A stretch of 64,000 bases of DNA, taken from Paramoeba atlantica (Eukaryota > Protista > Discosea). Below, piece by piece: positions 37,090 to 48,714 of the stretch; within the stretch, counting starts at the first letter, position 1, and each line of letters opens with the position of its first letter. The stretch spans positions 62,001 to 126,000 of the forward strand of contig CDRNVI010000149.1 of assembly GCA_977017575.1 (NCBI GenBank), written 5' to 3'. A program made the translations under genes and the position numbers. The notes under the pieces are model-generated. The model was not told where the DNA came from. It made no database searches and saw only the letters and a program-made list of their open reading frames with translations.

Positions 37090-39500
37090 TGTGGTCCCCC
37101 CACCACAACAGTCCAAAGAGCTGCAAAGTCTTTTGTGGTGCAAATATATGTGTGGTTTGCTGCGATGTTTTTCTGCTCAAATTCAGAGAAGAAGTGATTG
37201 TGTGTGGTGATAGATCTAAGAGCTTGTGGCAATATTTCGAAAGTGTCCAAAGAGAATTTTTCTTCAGAAGAGGAAGTTACTCAAAAGAGAGTTGATGAGG
37301 TTGAGAGAGAGACAAAGGTTATGACTCAGCTCGTTACCAAGATTGTGAACGTGATTTTGTTTGTGGTAGTGACCATTATTATAACTGTGGGGTGATGGAT
37401 ATAAAGATCATTGGAGTGATCGGAATTATCATGGGGAATGGACCGAAATTATGACTTTGGTAATGTTTGGTGATCGTGGGAGAGACCAGGGTGTAAAGGA
37501 ATGGAAATTGGGGTAGGAATAGCACCTGGGGTTCCAGGTGCCTGTTTTCAAAGTTTGGGTTGTGAGGGGATGTGTTTGGAGAGGATGAAGAGAGTGACAA
37601 AGGATGAAAAGGGGTGTTGAAAGTGATACGGTGATGGTGTTCGAGGAGTCTACTTTGATTTGTATGGACACTCTGATGCAGTTGATAACATGTTAGAATG
37701 AGCTTTGGCGAACCTGGGTGTTTGGGGATAAAACCAAAATCGTTTTGTTTATTCTCCCCAGAGGAAAAGAAATACATTTTTAATGGTAATCAGGATGTTT
37801 TCTTCTTTTTTTTTGATGTATCAAATCTCTTCTCACTCATTTGTTATTCCAGACCCAATGGGTTTGGTAACACCAACAATCTATCAATGGGTGAAGAGAA
37901 ATGGCGAATGTTGAAACACATTGGCTTGTATTTGGCTCAACCTTTTCTCTGGTCGTGTCACACTGCACAGCCTGCAAACCCCTCTGGGGATTCAAGATTC
38001 AGTCATGAGAAGGATAACAATGCTTTTTTATTGGAACTATGCAAGAGGGACCATGAGGAGGTTGACTTTTGTTCAGTATTTTACATTGATGATTTTGTCT
38101 ATGCAGCTGTCAATGACAAATGTGCAGAGGAAATGTATCTATCTCTGACATGTGAATAAATTCCTGGAGGAAGAGTTTATTGTGGGGATAGCAAAGTGTT
38201 GCATTTTTGAGAGATGATTGGATCTATTTCCTACATTGGGGTTAACAACAGGATTGTGCTTCTCTTTTTTGAGGAGATGTCACTGTGGTTTGCTGTCAAG
38301 TTGGAAGTCACTACAGAAGTTATTTTTTCTGATCTGGTTTCTGCTTTGATACATTCCTGTATTCCCTGGAATCCTCACTGGAATATTTGAAGCTTCAGAG
38401 GTTCTAACAATATCAAGAGGTTTATTTATTTTTACTGATTATTAAAATTTGTTTGGCAGATATGGTATTGTATGGTAGAATGGCTTCTGTTGAACAGAGA
38501 GGTCATCGAATTTTCCAGAGAAGCTCTGTCATTCACAGAGATGTGTAGAATTGTATGCTCTTAAGAAAACAATTGGTTTTGGCTGGAATTTGTTTGGATC
38601 TGTTTTTCACTCTGCAAGTTCATTGGAGAAAGAAATTGGCTCTTGAGAAGCTTAGGAACCAAGAGTCCTTGACTATTGTCAAAATATGAAAAATACTTCA
38701 AGTTCTGTAGCAAACATGGTTTTAGTGACCTGTACAATGTGAGCGTCCTCGAAAAATACATCTTCCATATGTGCTGAATTGAGAAAACAATTGCCAGAAT
38801 CCTTCTGTTCTGCTTTTAGAAAGCGCTATGCCATCTCTGGCTTTCCTGATCCCTTCAATGAGAAGATAGTAAGTAATGGTATTTGTTTTGGGATGGTTGA
38901 TTTTTATTGCAGAGCTGGCTCTTGAGAAGTTTGGGGACACAGTACTTTCTAAAAGCATAACAGAAGGGTTCTGGCCCAATTCAGCGCATATGGAAGATAT
39001 TTTTCGAGGACACACAAGTTTTACAGGTCACCAAAACCATGTTCACAACATAACTTGAAATATTTTTCCACATTCTGACAATGGTCAAGGGCTGTTGATC
39101 ATCTCTGGCATCCCTGACCCCTTCAGATCAATGAACCTTGGCAGGCAAAGTGGATTTCAACTTTCCAGTTCTATCAAAGAGCCTCATCAAGATATTTGGA
39201 TAGATGTTTGTGAGCTGATGTTGATATCCATGTGGCAGAATGTGAGGGTTAGTTCTCTCCTTAAGATTAAATAGAATGATATTTTTTCAACAGTTTTGGT
39301 GTCATTTATGATGTACCATGCGATAGCAAAAGAAATGTTTGGGTAAGAATTGGATTCTCTTGTGGACTGATTGACACTTAAATGAAGAGCTGGATCTCAG
39401 TTCATTATCCAAATGAAGTTTTACAAGTTCTTGGAACTTGGAAGGAATGAAACTCAATGAAATTATTCATAAGTGGTGTTGAATTCCCTGAGGAAACCAT
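37090..39500 (+). mobile_element. Degenerate DIRS-like retrotransposon (RT + tyrosine recombinase), copy 1
   Basis: RT: FDVSNLFSLI, HWLVFGSTFS(P), VFYIDDFV (about 38080), KFLEEEFIVGI(A/T)KC. YR: KYFKFCSKHG, SAFRKRYAISGFPDPF, EVLQVLGTWKE..MKL(Y). Strong CpG depletion. Confidence 0.7.
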
Positions 39501-39989
39501 CTCCAGGCACTATCCAGCAGCTCTCTGAAAGACCTCTGATCAAAGATGGTGTGGCTCCCCGCAGCATCTGCCTTTCCTTTGTGTGGCTTTTGTTCCTTCT
39601 TGCTTCCCTCTTTGTCCTTTCCTTCCCCTTTTTGTCTTGCTTTGGATCTCTCTTTGTTCTCTCCTCCATCTCTTGCGCTGGTTTGGATTTCTTCCTTCCT
39701 TGTTCTCTTTGTTTCTATTTTCTTCCATTCTTTTTGTCTGTTTTGGATTTTTGGATTTTGTTTTTGGATTTGAGTATGGTTTTTTGTTGTTTGGCTGTGT
39801 TGTTTTGTTGACTGTTTCTTTTGGAATAAACACTCAGGGGTGTTACTTGAGTACTTTCAAGCACATAAAAAAACAAAAAGAGAGGAGGTGGAGATGTGGC
39901 AGAGGCCAAGAAGTTTTATTTAGAAAGACAGTAGAAAAGTTGAACAATCAGAAAAAACCAACAAATAAAAGATATTTGCAATGTCAGCT

Positions 39990-42000
39990 CCTCGAAACCA
40001 AACATTCTCTCTTTTAATTTTCTTTTATTACTCTTTTATTTCTATTTTTTTTGTCTTTTTTTTTGGTCTTTTTTCCTTTTTTTCTTTGTCTTTTTTTCTT
40101 TGTCTTTTTTTCTTTGTCTTTTTTCTCTTTTTATTTCTCTTTTTTTTCCCATGACAAATCCTTGAATTAGAAAGAGAAAAAGAAAAGAGTGAAATAAAAA
40201 GAGAAGTAAAAGAGAAAATAGAAAAAAAGAGAAAAAAAAGAGAAATAAAAAATAAAAGAAGGAGAGAAAAAATAGAAAAAAAGGGGGAAAAAAAAGCAAA
40301 AAAAGAGAAATAAAAAGAGAAACAGAAATGAAAATAGAAAGAGAGGAAAAGAGAGAAAAGAAAGAAATGAAAAGAAATGAAAAGAAATGAAAAGAGAAAT
40401 GAAAAAAAGAGAAAAAAAGAGAAAAAAAAAGAAAAAAAAGAAAAAAAAGAAATAAAAAGAGAAAAAAAGTAAAAAAAAAAGAAAGAGAAATAAAAAGAGA
40501 AATAAAAGAGAAATAAAAAGAGAAATGAAAAAAAGAAGAAAAAAGAGAGAGAAAGAGAGAAAAAGAGAAAAAAAGAAAAAAAAAAGAAAAAAAAAGAAAA
40601 AAAAAAGAAAAAAAGAAAAGAAAAAAAAGAAAAGAAAAAAAAAAGAAAAGAAACCAAACATTTATGTGTGTATTGTGTCTCCCCACTGCATCTCTTTGTT
40701 TCTCTTTGTTTCTCTTTTTTTTTTCTTTTTATTTCTCTTTTATTTCTTTATTTCTCTTTCTTTTCTTTTTCTTTTTCTCTTCTTTTTTTCTCTTTTTATT
40801 TCTCTTTTCTCTTTCTCTTTCTCTTTCTCTTTCTTTTCTTTTCTTTTTTTTCTTTTCTTTTTTTTCTTTCTTTTGTTCTCTTTTGGTTTTTTTTCAGTTT
40901 TTCTTTTCATCCAAGAACCATAGATCTCCCTCTTTATTTTTTTTCTCCTTTCTCCTTTCTCCTTTCTCCTTTTTCTTTTTTTTTTCTCTTTCTTTTCTCT
41001 TTTTTTCTTTCTTTTCATATCATTTCCCCCTCTCTTCACCTTTTTCTATTTTCCCCCCTTTTTCTTCCTTTGTTTTTCCTCTCATTCTTTCTTTTCTTTC
41101 TTTTCTTTTTCTGAATGTTTCAGGTTTTTGGATCCAACAGTCAGCCTTTTTTCCTCCTCTAACTCTTTCTTCTCATCTTTAAATAGATTTTCTCTGATGA
41201 GAATTTTGTTTTGATGAAAGGGTTCTTTTCATACTCTCTAGGATATTGAATTGCCAAAATAGAACACCTATAAAGTCGATACAACCATCACCATCTATAC
41301 ATGTGATGAGATACTTCTGAAAGGACAAAGAATGTGGAGGAGAGAAAAGCTTTTATTCTTTTTTTTTTGTCTCCCAAAAAGAGGAAAGAGAAAAGAAAGA
41401 AAAAGAAAGGGAAAGAGGGAAGAGAAAGAAAGGGGAAAAAAAAGAAAAAAAAAGAAAAAGAAAGAAAGAAAAAGAAAGAAAAAGAAAGAAAAAGAAAGAG
41501 AGAAAAAAAAAGAAAAAGAAAGAAAAAAGAAAAAGAGAAGGAAAAAGAGAAAGAAAAAGAGAAAGAAAAAGAGAAAGAAAAAGAGAAAGAAAAAGAGAAA
41601 GAAAAGAGAAGAGAAGAGAAAGAAAAGAGAGAAGAGAAGAAAGAAAGAAAAGAGAGAAGAGAAGAAGAGAAAACTTTTTCTGAGGACAACCAGCAAAAGA
41701 GAAGACCAAAAATACATTAATGGGAAACGCACACAACCACCTCTTTCTCATCTGTCCCCTCTTCCTTCCTCCCTCCCCCCTTCTCCCAACCACTTCCTGA
41801 ATGTATGGACCATTTCTCTTCTCTTCTCTCTCTCTTCTCTCTCTCTCCTCTCTCTTCTCTCTCTTCTCTCTCTTCTCTCTCTTCTCTTCTCTCTCCTCTC
41901 TCCTCTCTTCTCTCCTCTCTCTCCTCTCCTCTTCTCTCCAAACGCAAAACAAAAAAAAAATTGGGTTTCACTGAAAAAAAAAACCCACCCAGAATCGAAC
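39990..42000. repeat. Alternating T/C and A/G low-complexity tracts
   Basis: Visible; duplicated at about 51680-53900. Confidence 0.9.
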
Positions 42001-42240
42001 CCGGTGGGTTCTCTTTTTTTTTTGTTGTTCTTTTTTCGGTGTGTGTTGGTTGTTCTTTCGGTGATTTCTTTTTTGTTTGTTTGTGTGATTGGTGTTCCTT
42101 CTCGCCACATCCCCCTCTCATTCCCTCATGAACAACAACAAACACAATCAACCACCCCACCCCTCAGGCAGGTTTTGTTTTTAATTCAAAACATTTCTTT
42201 TTTCTGGATAACTTGAAACAGAAAAAACAACAACAACACA

Positions 42241-43209
42241 ATGATGAGAGTTCAGTTGATGTCGATTGTTGAAGGAGAAGGAGAGTGGGAAGTTCGAAAC
42301 ACTGAGAACGGAGAAGTGTGTTCTATTCAAGCTCAAGATTTTCAAAGTCTGCAAAGGAAGATCCAGGATGTGTACGGAACTTCAACTGCGGTTCGAGTGT
42401 TCTATCTTGATGATGAGTGTGATGTTGTCTTTGTGAAACGTGATCGAGACTTGGAAGACGCTTTGTTTGTTCTCCCAAAAAAGAACAAGACAACAAGAGT
42501 GGTGGAGAGTCAAGTCAAAGAAGAAATCGAAAATGAAATCCAAGAGGTCGAAAATCGAGTGGATGACAAAGAGAAAGTGGGGGATGAGATTTCTGAGAAC
42601 CCTCAGAAAAGACTCAAGGAACAACAGAAGAGAGAGAAGAAGATTGAAATGCTCAGTAAACGTGATGAGAAACTGGCAGATCAAATCAATGTTCTTGAAG
42701 AAAAGATTGTGGCCCTCCAACGAAGAAAGGAACAGTTGACTGAAAACAAAACCCAAGTTCGAGAGAATCTTGTTGATTTGAAAAGTCAAGAGGACGACAT
42801 TGCTGACAACAAACGAGAGGAAGAGGGGATCGAAGAAATCCAATTGTCTGAGGAAGAAGAGGAAGAGGAAGAGGAAAAAGAAGATTGTGGTAAACCAAGA
42901 TCGTTTGGACAATTGAGAAAACTTCAGAATCAACAACGGAACATCAAAAGAAGACTTTGTAATCTTGAAGTGAAAGAAAAGAAGTCAAAAAAGATGATGG
43001 AAACAGAAATTATTCTCAAGAGGCGTTTGGAAGAAATCACGGAGAGGTTGGCCCTGACTGAAGTGGAAGAACAATCAGAAGAACAGAAGGATGAGAAGTT
43101 TTTTATGAATAAGAGAAAAGGAAAAGATGGTCGTTGTAAACATTCTTGTTACTCTCGTGGTTCTCCCAAAAAGAATTATTCTCCCCCAAAGGAAAAAAGA
43201 TGGAAATAG
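42241..43209 (+). CDS. PB1-domain coiled-coil protein, 322 aa, intronless
   Basis: N-terminal RVQL..RVFYLDDECDVVFVKRDRDLEDAL (PB1 OPCA-like motif), heptad-rich middle, acidic tract; intact ORF. Confidence 0.85.
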   Translation: MMRVQLMSIVEGEGEWEVRNTENGEVCSIQAQDFQSLQRKIQDVYGTSTAVRVFYLDDECDVVFVKRDRDLEDALFVLPKKNKTTRVVESQVKEEIENEIQEVENRVDDKEKVGDEISENPQKRLKEQQKREKKIEMLSKRDEKLADQINVLEEKIVALQRRKEQLTENKTQVRENLVDLKSQEDDIADNKREEEGIEEIQLSEEEEEEEEEKEDCGKPRSFGQLRKLQNQQRNIKRRLCNLEVKEKKSKKMMETEIILKRRLEEITERLALTEVEEQSEEQKDEKFFMNKRKGKDGRCKHSCYSRGSPKKNYSPPKEKRWK

Positions 43210-43457
43210 AAAGGAGATCTTCAAAATCATCCTTTCAAAATAAAATCTCTCTTTTTGAATATTCCATTATTTATTTATTCTTTTCTCTCACATTGTTGGG
43301 GTGCATCTTGTCAAACAACAAACAACACACACACTCTCCCTTTTTTCCTTCTTTTCTCTGTTTAAGTCTCCCAATAACTCTTACTTTTTCTTCCTTAAAA
43401 ATCATAATTTAGATGAAAGGGGATGTTGGCCACTGTGGAGGGATATCTTCTTGTTAA

Positions 43458-43503
43458 TACTCTCTGAGTTGCTAATTTGTGAAAATTCGTAACTCAGAGA
43501 GTA
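43458..43503. repeat. Palindrome family, copy 3
   Basis: TACTCTCTGAGTT-gctaatttgtgaaaattcgt-AACTCAGAGAGTA. Confidence 0.8.
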
Positions 43504-43814
43504 ATAATAATAATTCTATGCCTTCAAAACTCTTTTTTTGCTTTTTTTGTGGGACATCTTTTGGGGGGAAATGATCAAGAAGAGAGGGAACCAAAAATAA
43601 CAAAACACACCCCTCCTTATTTTGAATATTTTCTCTCGAATATTTGTGGAGGCATACCACAATCTGTGAATAGAACAACAAGAAAAAGACTGAACCAGAA
43701 TCAAATTTGTGTTTTTCTTGGACCTGTTTTTCAACAAAAAGAAAACTCAAAGAAAAAAAAAAAGAAAAAAAGGGAAAGAAAAAGAAAGAAAGAAAGAAAA
43801 AGAGAAAAAGAGAA

Positions 43815-43934
43815 GGTCTTCAGCACTCGGGATTCGAATGTGGTCACCCAACCATTCTACTAACCGAGCCCACAGCTGCTTAACTTCCGAGTTCTGATGG
43901 GATCGGGTGCTTTCAACTGGGTATGACCGAAGAC
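43815..43934 (-). rRNA. 5S rRNA
   Basis: GTCTTCGGTCATACC..CCGATCCCATCAGAACTCGGAAGTTAAGC..GGTTAGTA..GAAGAC; paired ends, about 120 nt, TTTTT terminator just downstream. Confidence 0.95.
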
Positions 43935-45199
43935 ATTTTCTCTTCTTTTTTTTCTCCTTTTTATCAATCCAATTATTCAAAATCAACAAAAAAGAAAATG
44001 GAAAAAGAAAGAAGAAGAGAAAAGAGAAGAGAAAAGAAAAGAAAGAAGAGAGAGAGGAAAAGAAGAGAAAAGAAGAAGAGAAAAGAAAAAACCTCAATTT
44101 TGTTTTTGGACAAAGGTGTGTCGAAAAGAATTTCTTTGTGATCTCTCTTCTTTTGTTTCAACTCTCTTTTCTCAGAATAAAAAACTTGTTTTAATCTGAA
44201 ATAAAAGGAGCGGAACTGAAAGAAAAACATAAAACGGAAAACAAAAACAAATCAAGGAAAGAGAGAGAGTGACGGTCTTGAAGAAAGAAAGAAAGAACAA
44301 AGAAAGAACAAAGAAAGAACAAAGAAAAAAGTTTAAAAAAAGAAAAGAAAAGAAAAGGATGTGAAAAAAAAAACAGAATGGAGAAAGAGAAAAAAACACA
44401 AACCACGAAAAAAACCAAAAAAAATAAATGGGAAAAGATGGACCTCTATTTCGGGTCTGAATGGTTTTTTTGTGGTGAAGTGAAATAAAGGGATCAGAAA
44501 CCCAGAGAGAGAGAGAGAGAAAGAGAGTGCTCAGGGTTCAAGGGGTGGAAGAGGCTTTTTGGGAGAGGGTTTTGGGGGAGGGTTTTTGGGGGAGGGTTTT
44601 TGGGGGAGGGTTTTGGGGGAGGGCTTTGGGAGAGGCTTTTGGACAACCCCCATGTTTGCTGGTTTTTCTTTTTTTTTCTTTTTCTTTTGAAAAAGAAAAA
44701 ACTTTTGAAATACTTTCCTTTTTCTCTCTTTCTTTTCTCTTTCTCTTTTTCTTTTCTCTTCCTCTTCCTCTTCCGCTTTCTCTTTCTCTTTCTCTCTTCT
44801 CTCTTCTCTCTCTTTCTCTCCTCTCCTCTCCTCTCCTCTTTCTCTTTCTCTTCCGCTTTCTCTTTCTCTTTCTCTTTTCTCTCTTCTCTCTTCTCTCTTC
44901 TCTCTTCTCTCTTCTCTCTTCTCTCTTCTCTCTTCTCTCTTCTCTCTTCTCTCTTCTCTCTTCTCTCTTCTCTCTCTTCTCTCTCTCTTTCTCTTCTCTC
45001 TTCTTTGTTAAAAAGGGCTTTTGGCGGACAACTATCTCAGTGGGACGACCCCAACCAAATTTCTCTTGTTTATTTGTTTCTTTTTCTTTCTTTTTCTTTT
45101 TTTTTTTCTTTTTCTTTCTTTTTTCTTTTTCTTTTAACTTTTCTCTCTCTTTTTTCTTTTTCTTTTCTCTTTTTCTTTCTTCTCTCTCTTCTCCTCTTG

Positions 45200-45261
45200 A
45201 GATCTTTCTGACAATACTTTGAGATCAGAAATTGAAAATCTTCATCATGTCCAAATCATGT

Positions 45262-45292
<31 letters not shown>

Positions 45293-45573
45293 ATTATTTT
45301 TCTTTTTTTTATTATTCTTTTAATAATTTTATCATTTTCTTTATTTTCTTTCTTTTCTTTTTCTTTTCCTTTTCTTTCTTTTCCTTTCCTTTCCTTTCCT
45401 TTTCTCTTTTCTTTTCTTTTCTTCTCTTCTTTTCTTTTTTCTTTCTTTCTTTTCCAAAAGGTTTTTAGGAGTCAATCAACTGAAAGGAGAAAAAATCTTA
45501 GACAAAATTTCAAAACTTTGTTCTTTAACTGATTTGTAATTTTTTCTTTTTCTTTTTTTTTTTCTTTTTTTTT

Positions 45574-45605
<32 letters not shown>

Positions 45606-46598
45606 CTTTTTCTTTCTTTTTTCTTTCTTTTTCTTTCTTTTTTTTCTTTTTTTTCTTTTTTTTCTTTTTTTTCTTTTTTCTTTTTTGTTTTTTTTTCTTT
45701 TCTTTTTCTTTTTCTTTTTTCTTTTTTCTTTTTTTTTCTTTTTTATCTTTTTTCTTTTTCTTTTTCTTTCTTTTATCTTTTTCTTTTTTCTTTATTTCTT
45801 TATTTCTTTCTTTCCCATTTTTCTTTCATTTTCTTTCTTTCTTTCATTTCTTTTCATTTCCTTCATTTTTATTGAAATTATTTTTGATTTTATTAGATCA
45901 CTGGGAGGGAATTTCTTTTTAGAGACAATGCCTGTTGAATTCGCACAACTCTTTGATCTTCCTCAAATGTTTTTCTTTTTCTTTTTCTTTTTCTTTCTTT
46001 TTTTCTTTTTCTTTTTCTTTTTCTTTTTCTTTTTCTTTTTCTTTCTTTCTTTTTTCTTTTTTTCTTTTTTTCTTTTTTTTTTCTTTTTTTTTCTGATTAT
46101 TTTTTGAATAAATTATTCTGTTCTGATGATTTTTTTCTTTTCTTTCTTTCTCTCTTTTCTCTCTCTCTTTCTTCTCTCTCTCTCTCCTCTCTCTCTCCTC
46201 TCTCTCTCTTCTCTCTCTCCTTTTCATAATATTATTAGAGACATTGTTTCTAACTTCACGGGGATGTTTTTTATTTTTTTTTTTTAATTTATTTTATTTT
46301 ATTATTTTTTTATTATTTTATTATTTTTTTTTTATTATTATTATTATTTTTTTATTATTTTTTATTCTTTTTTTATTCTTTTTTTTATTCTTTTTCTTTT
46401 TCTTTTTTTCCTTTTTAACTCTTATTTCTTTTCTTTCCCTCTTCTTTCTTTCATTCTTTCCCTCTTCTTTCTTTCTTCTTTTCTTCTTTCTTCTTTCTTT
46501 CTTCTTTCTTTCTTTTATTTTTGTAGGTATTTCAGTAAGAATTCATTCACAAGACCACTTCCAACCGAAATAAGACAACTCACAAATCTTGTTCAAAT
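45200..46598 (+). pseudogene. LRR gene fragment, one repeat per exon, copy 2
   Basis: Exons about 45200-45259 (60 nt, 12-nt deletion), 45461-45535 (75), 45897-45968 (72), 46239-46265 (27), 46527-46598 (72). A possible extra LRR exon (LLADNYLSGTTP) near 45016. Confidence 0.85.
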
Positions 46599-47063
46599 GT
46601 ATTTTTTTCTTTTTTTCTTTTTTTTCTTTTTCTTTTTTCTTTTTTTTTTCTTTTTTCTTTTTTTTTTCCTTTTCCTTTTTTCATTTTCTTTTTTCATTCT
46701 CTTTTTCTTTCCACCACCAATCCAAGATCAAAAACCTTTATTTTGTTGGGTGTTTTGTGATGATGTGTTTTTTTTCTTTTCTTTGTTTTTCTTTGTTTTT
46801 CTTTGTTTTTCTTTGTTTTTTTTGAATTGAAAAACTAACTTTTCTTTCTTTTCTTTTTTCTTTTTTCTGTTAGATGACAATATAATCAAAAATCAAGAAA
46901 GACATAACAATTGAAGGGATTTTTGTGGTGATGTTTTGGAGTTTTATGAACAAATTAAAAAGTTCTTTTGATTTGTTCAAACAACTTTTTTTTCTTCTTT
47001 GATATTTTTAAGCTATTTGACCCCTCAAGACTGAATGTCCCAGAAGATGATCCAATTCTCGCT

Positions 47064-47094
<31 letters not shown>

Positions 47095-47299
47095 GAGTCG
47101 GGGAGTTAGGGAGTCAAGGAGACTTGAGATCCCACCAAACGAGGTTCTTTTTTTATTCTTTTTTTTATATTCTTTTTCTTTGTTTTTTTCTTTTTTTTTT
47201 CCTTTGTTTTTCTTCTTTTTCTTTGTTTTTTCTTTTTTCCTCTTTTCTTTCTTTTTCCTCTTTTCTTTTTTTTTTCTTTGTTCCTTTTCTTTTGTTTAA

Positions 47300-47885
47300 T
47301 CTCCATTTCCCTCTTTCTTTCTTTGGTACAACAAAGGCTGGAGATACCACTGTTGGTGAAGTCTCCTCTTCCACTGTGAATCCTAACTCCTCCTGTTCCT
47401 TTACATACTTCTTGAGTACTTTCTCCAGCCTCCTTCTCGCATCATTATCCCCTTGATTATCCTTGGTTTTGGTCTCTTCCCCTTTTGAAGTAGAGTTTCT
47501 TGAGCCAACTCCAAACCTCCTTTGTTTATCTTGATCTTCCTCTTCCATCTTCTCTTCTTCCTGATCAACATTGTCAATTCATGGAAATTTTTGGCCTTCT
47601 GGCCAGCTGAGCTGATTGGCATTATGAATTACTCTGGTCTGCCTTGGGTTCATATTTCTTTGTCACTTTCTTTGGAATCTCCTTGAACCTCATTCAATGA
47701 CATCCACCTCACCTCTGAGATCCTTGGATTTCCTAAAGTTGGTATTAGAGAATCGTTTTCTTCTGTTCTGTTGATGGGATTGAAGATTTCTCCTAAATCA
47801 AATTTCACTTTCTCATCCTTTCCATTCTCATATGTGTCTCTCTTTTCTATTTTCCTTCTCAAGTCCTGATTCTCTTTCTCCATTT
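47300..47885 (-). mobile_element. Retroelement gag/RT-start fragment, copy 2
   Basis: EETSPTVVSPAFVVPKKERGKWRL. Confidence 0.6.
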
Positions 47886-48714
47886 TTTCTGTTCCCCTGT
47901 TAATTCTACAAGCTGGTCTTCCATGCCATGCTTACATGAATTTGACCATGGTGATACATGATGAGGCATGAGAGCTTTTTATGTGCGGAAAGTGCTCAGA
48001 TCCTTTGATCAAGGATATCTTTTGAGATATTGCGTTCCTTCTGATGATGTATGTGCTTTTTGTCCATCTCCTGTGTCCCATTTTGCCCCCTCATCCACTT
48101 CTTGTCTTGCCTCTTTGCTTTCTTCTCCTCTGGTTTTAATTTATTTTAAAGATGTCAGATCATGCAAAATGAACTTGTGGATGCAGGATCGGAAATTCAG
48201 ATGGCCGAACTGAAGTGATTGATTATTTTTGCAACAATACCAAATATACCTCTCTGATCTATTACAGTGTTGGAGTGAGTGAGACCTGCCTCCAACACAT
48301 TAGTGGTACTTTCCAGAGCTTTTAGAGCTTTCCTGAGCTTCTCTGAGCCTTCCCAGATCTTCTCTGATGCCTTTTGTCATGGGTTTTGGCCTTCCTGATG
48401 AGCTAGGAGCTTCACAGACAGCCTGTGCGCCGGTTTGGTGCGCGAGATTTTTAGTGCTCTTTTTATTTGCTTTCTGTGCTTTGTTTTTTTTTTGCATTTC
48501 GTTTTCACACCGTTTTCTCTGGTTTTGTTTTGGCTTGGTTCTTGTTGTGTGCTTCCTCTTCTCCTCTTTGTTTTGTGTTTTCCCTTTTTCCCTTCTTTTC
48601 TTTGTTGTTTGCTTTCTTGTTCTGTTTTGTGTTGGCTGGGGTCATTCCCATAAAGGTTTTGGTTCAGAGTTTAGTTTCTTTCCTTTTTCTCTCCTTTTTC
48701 CTGTGTCTTCATTG

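Noticed and set aside
37698-38159. Endogenous RNA-virus RdRp (PSG..N plus xDD)
   Set aside because: The motif is YIDD, and a YR follows in the same orientation, which fits a DIRS-type RT better.
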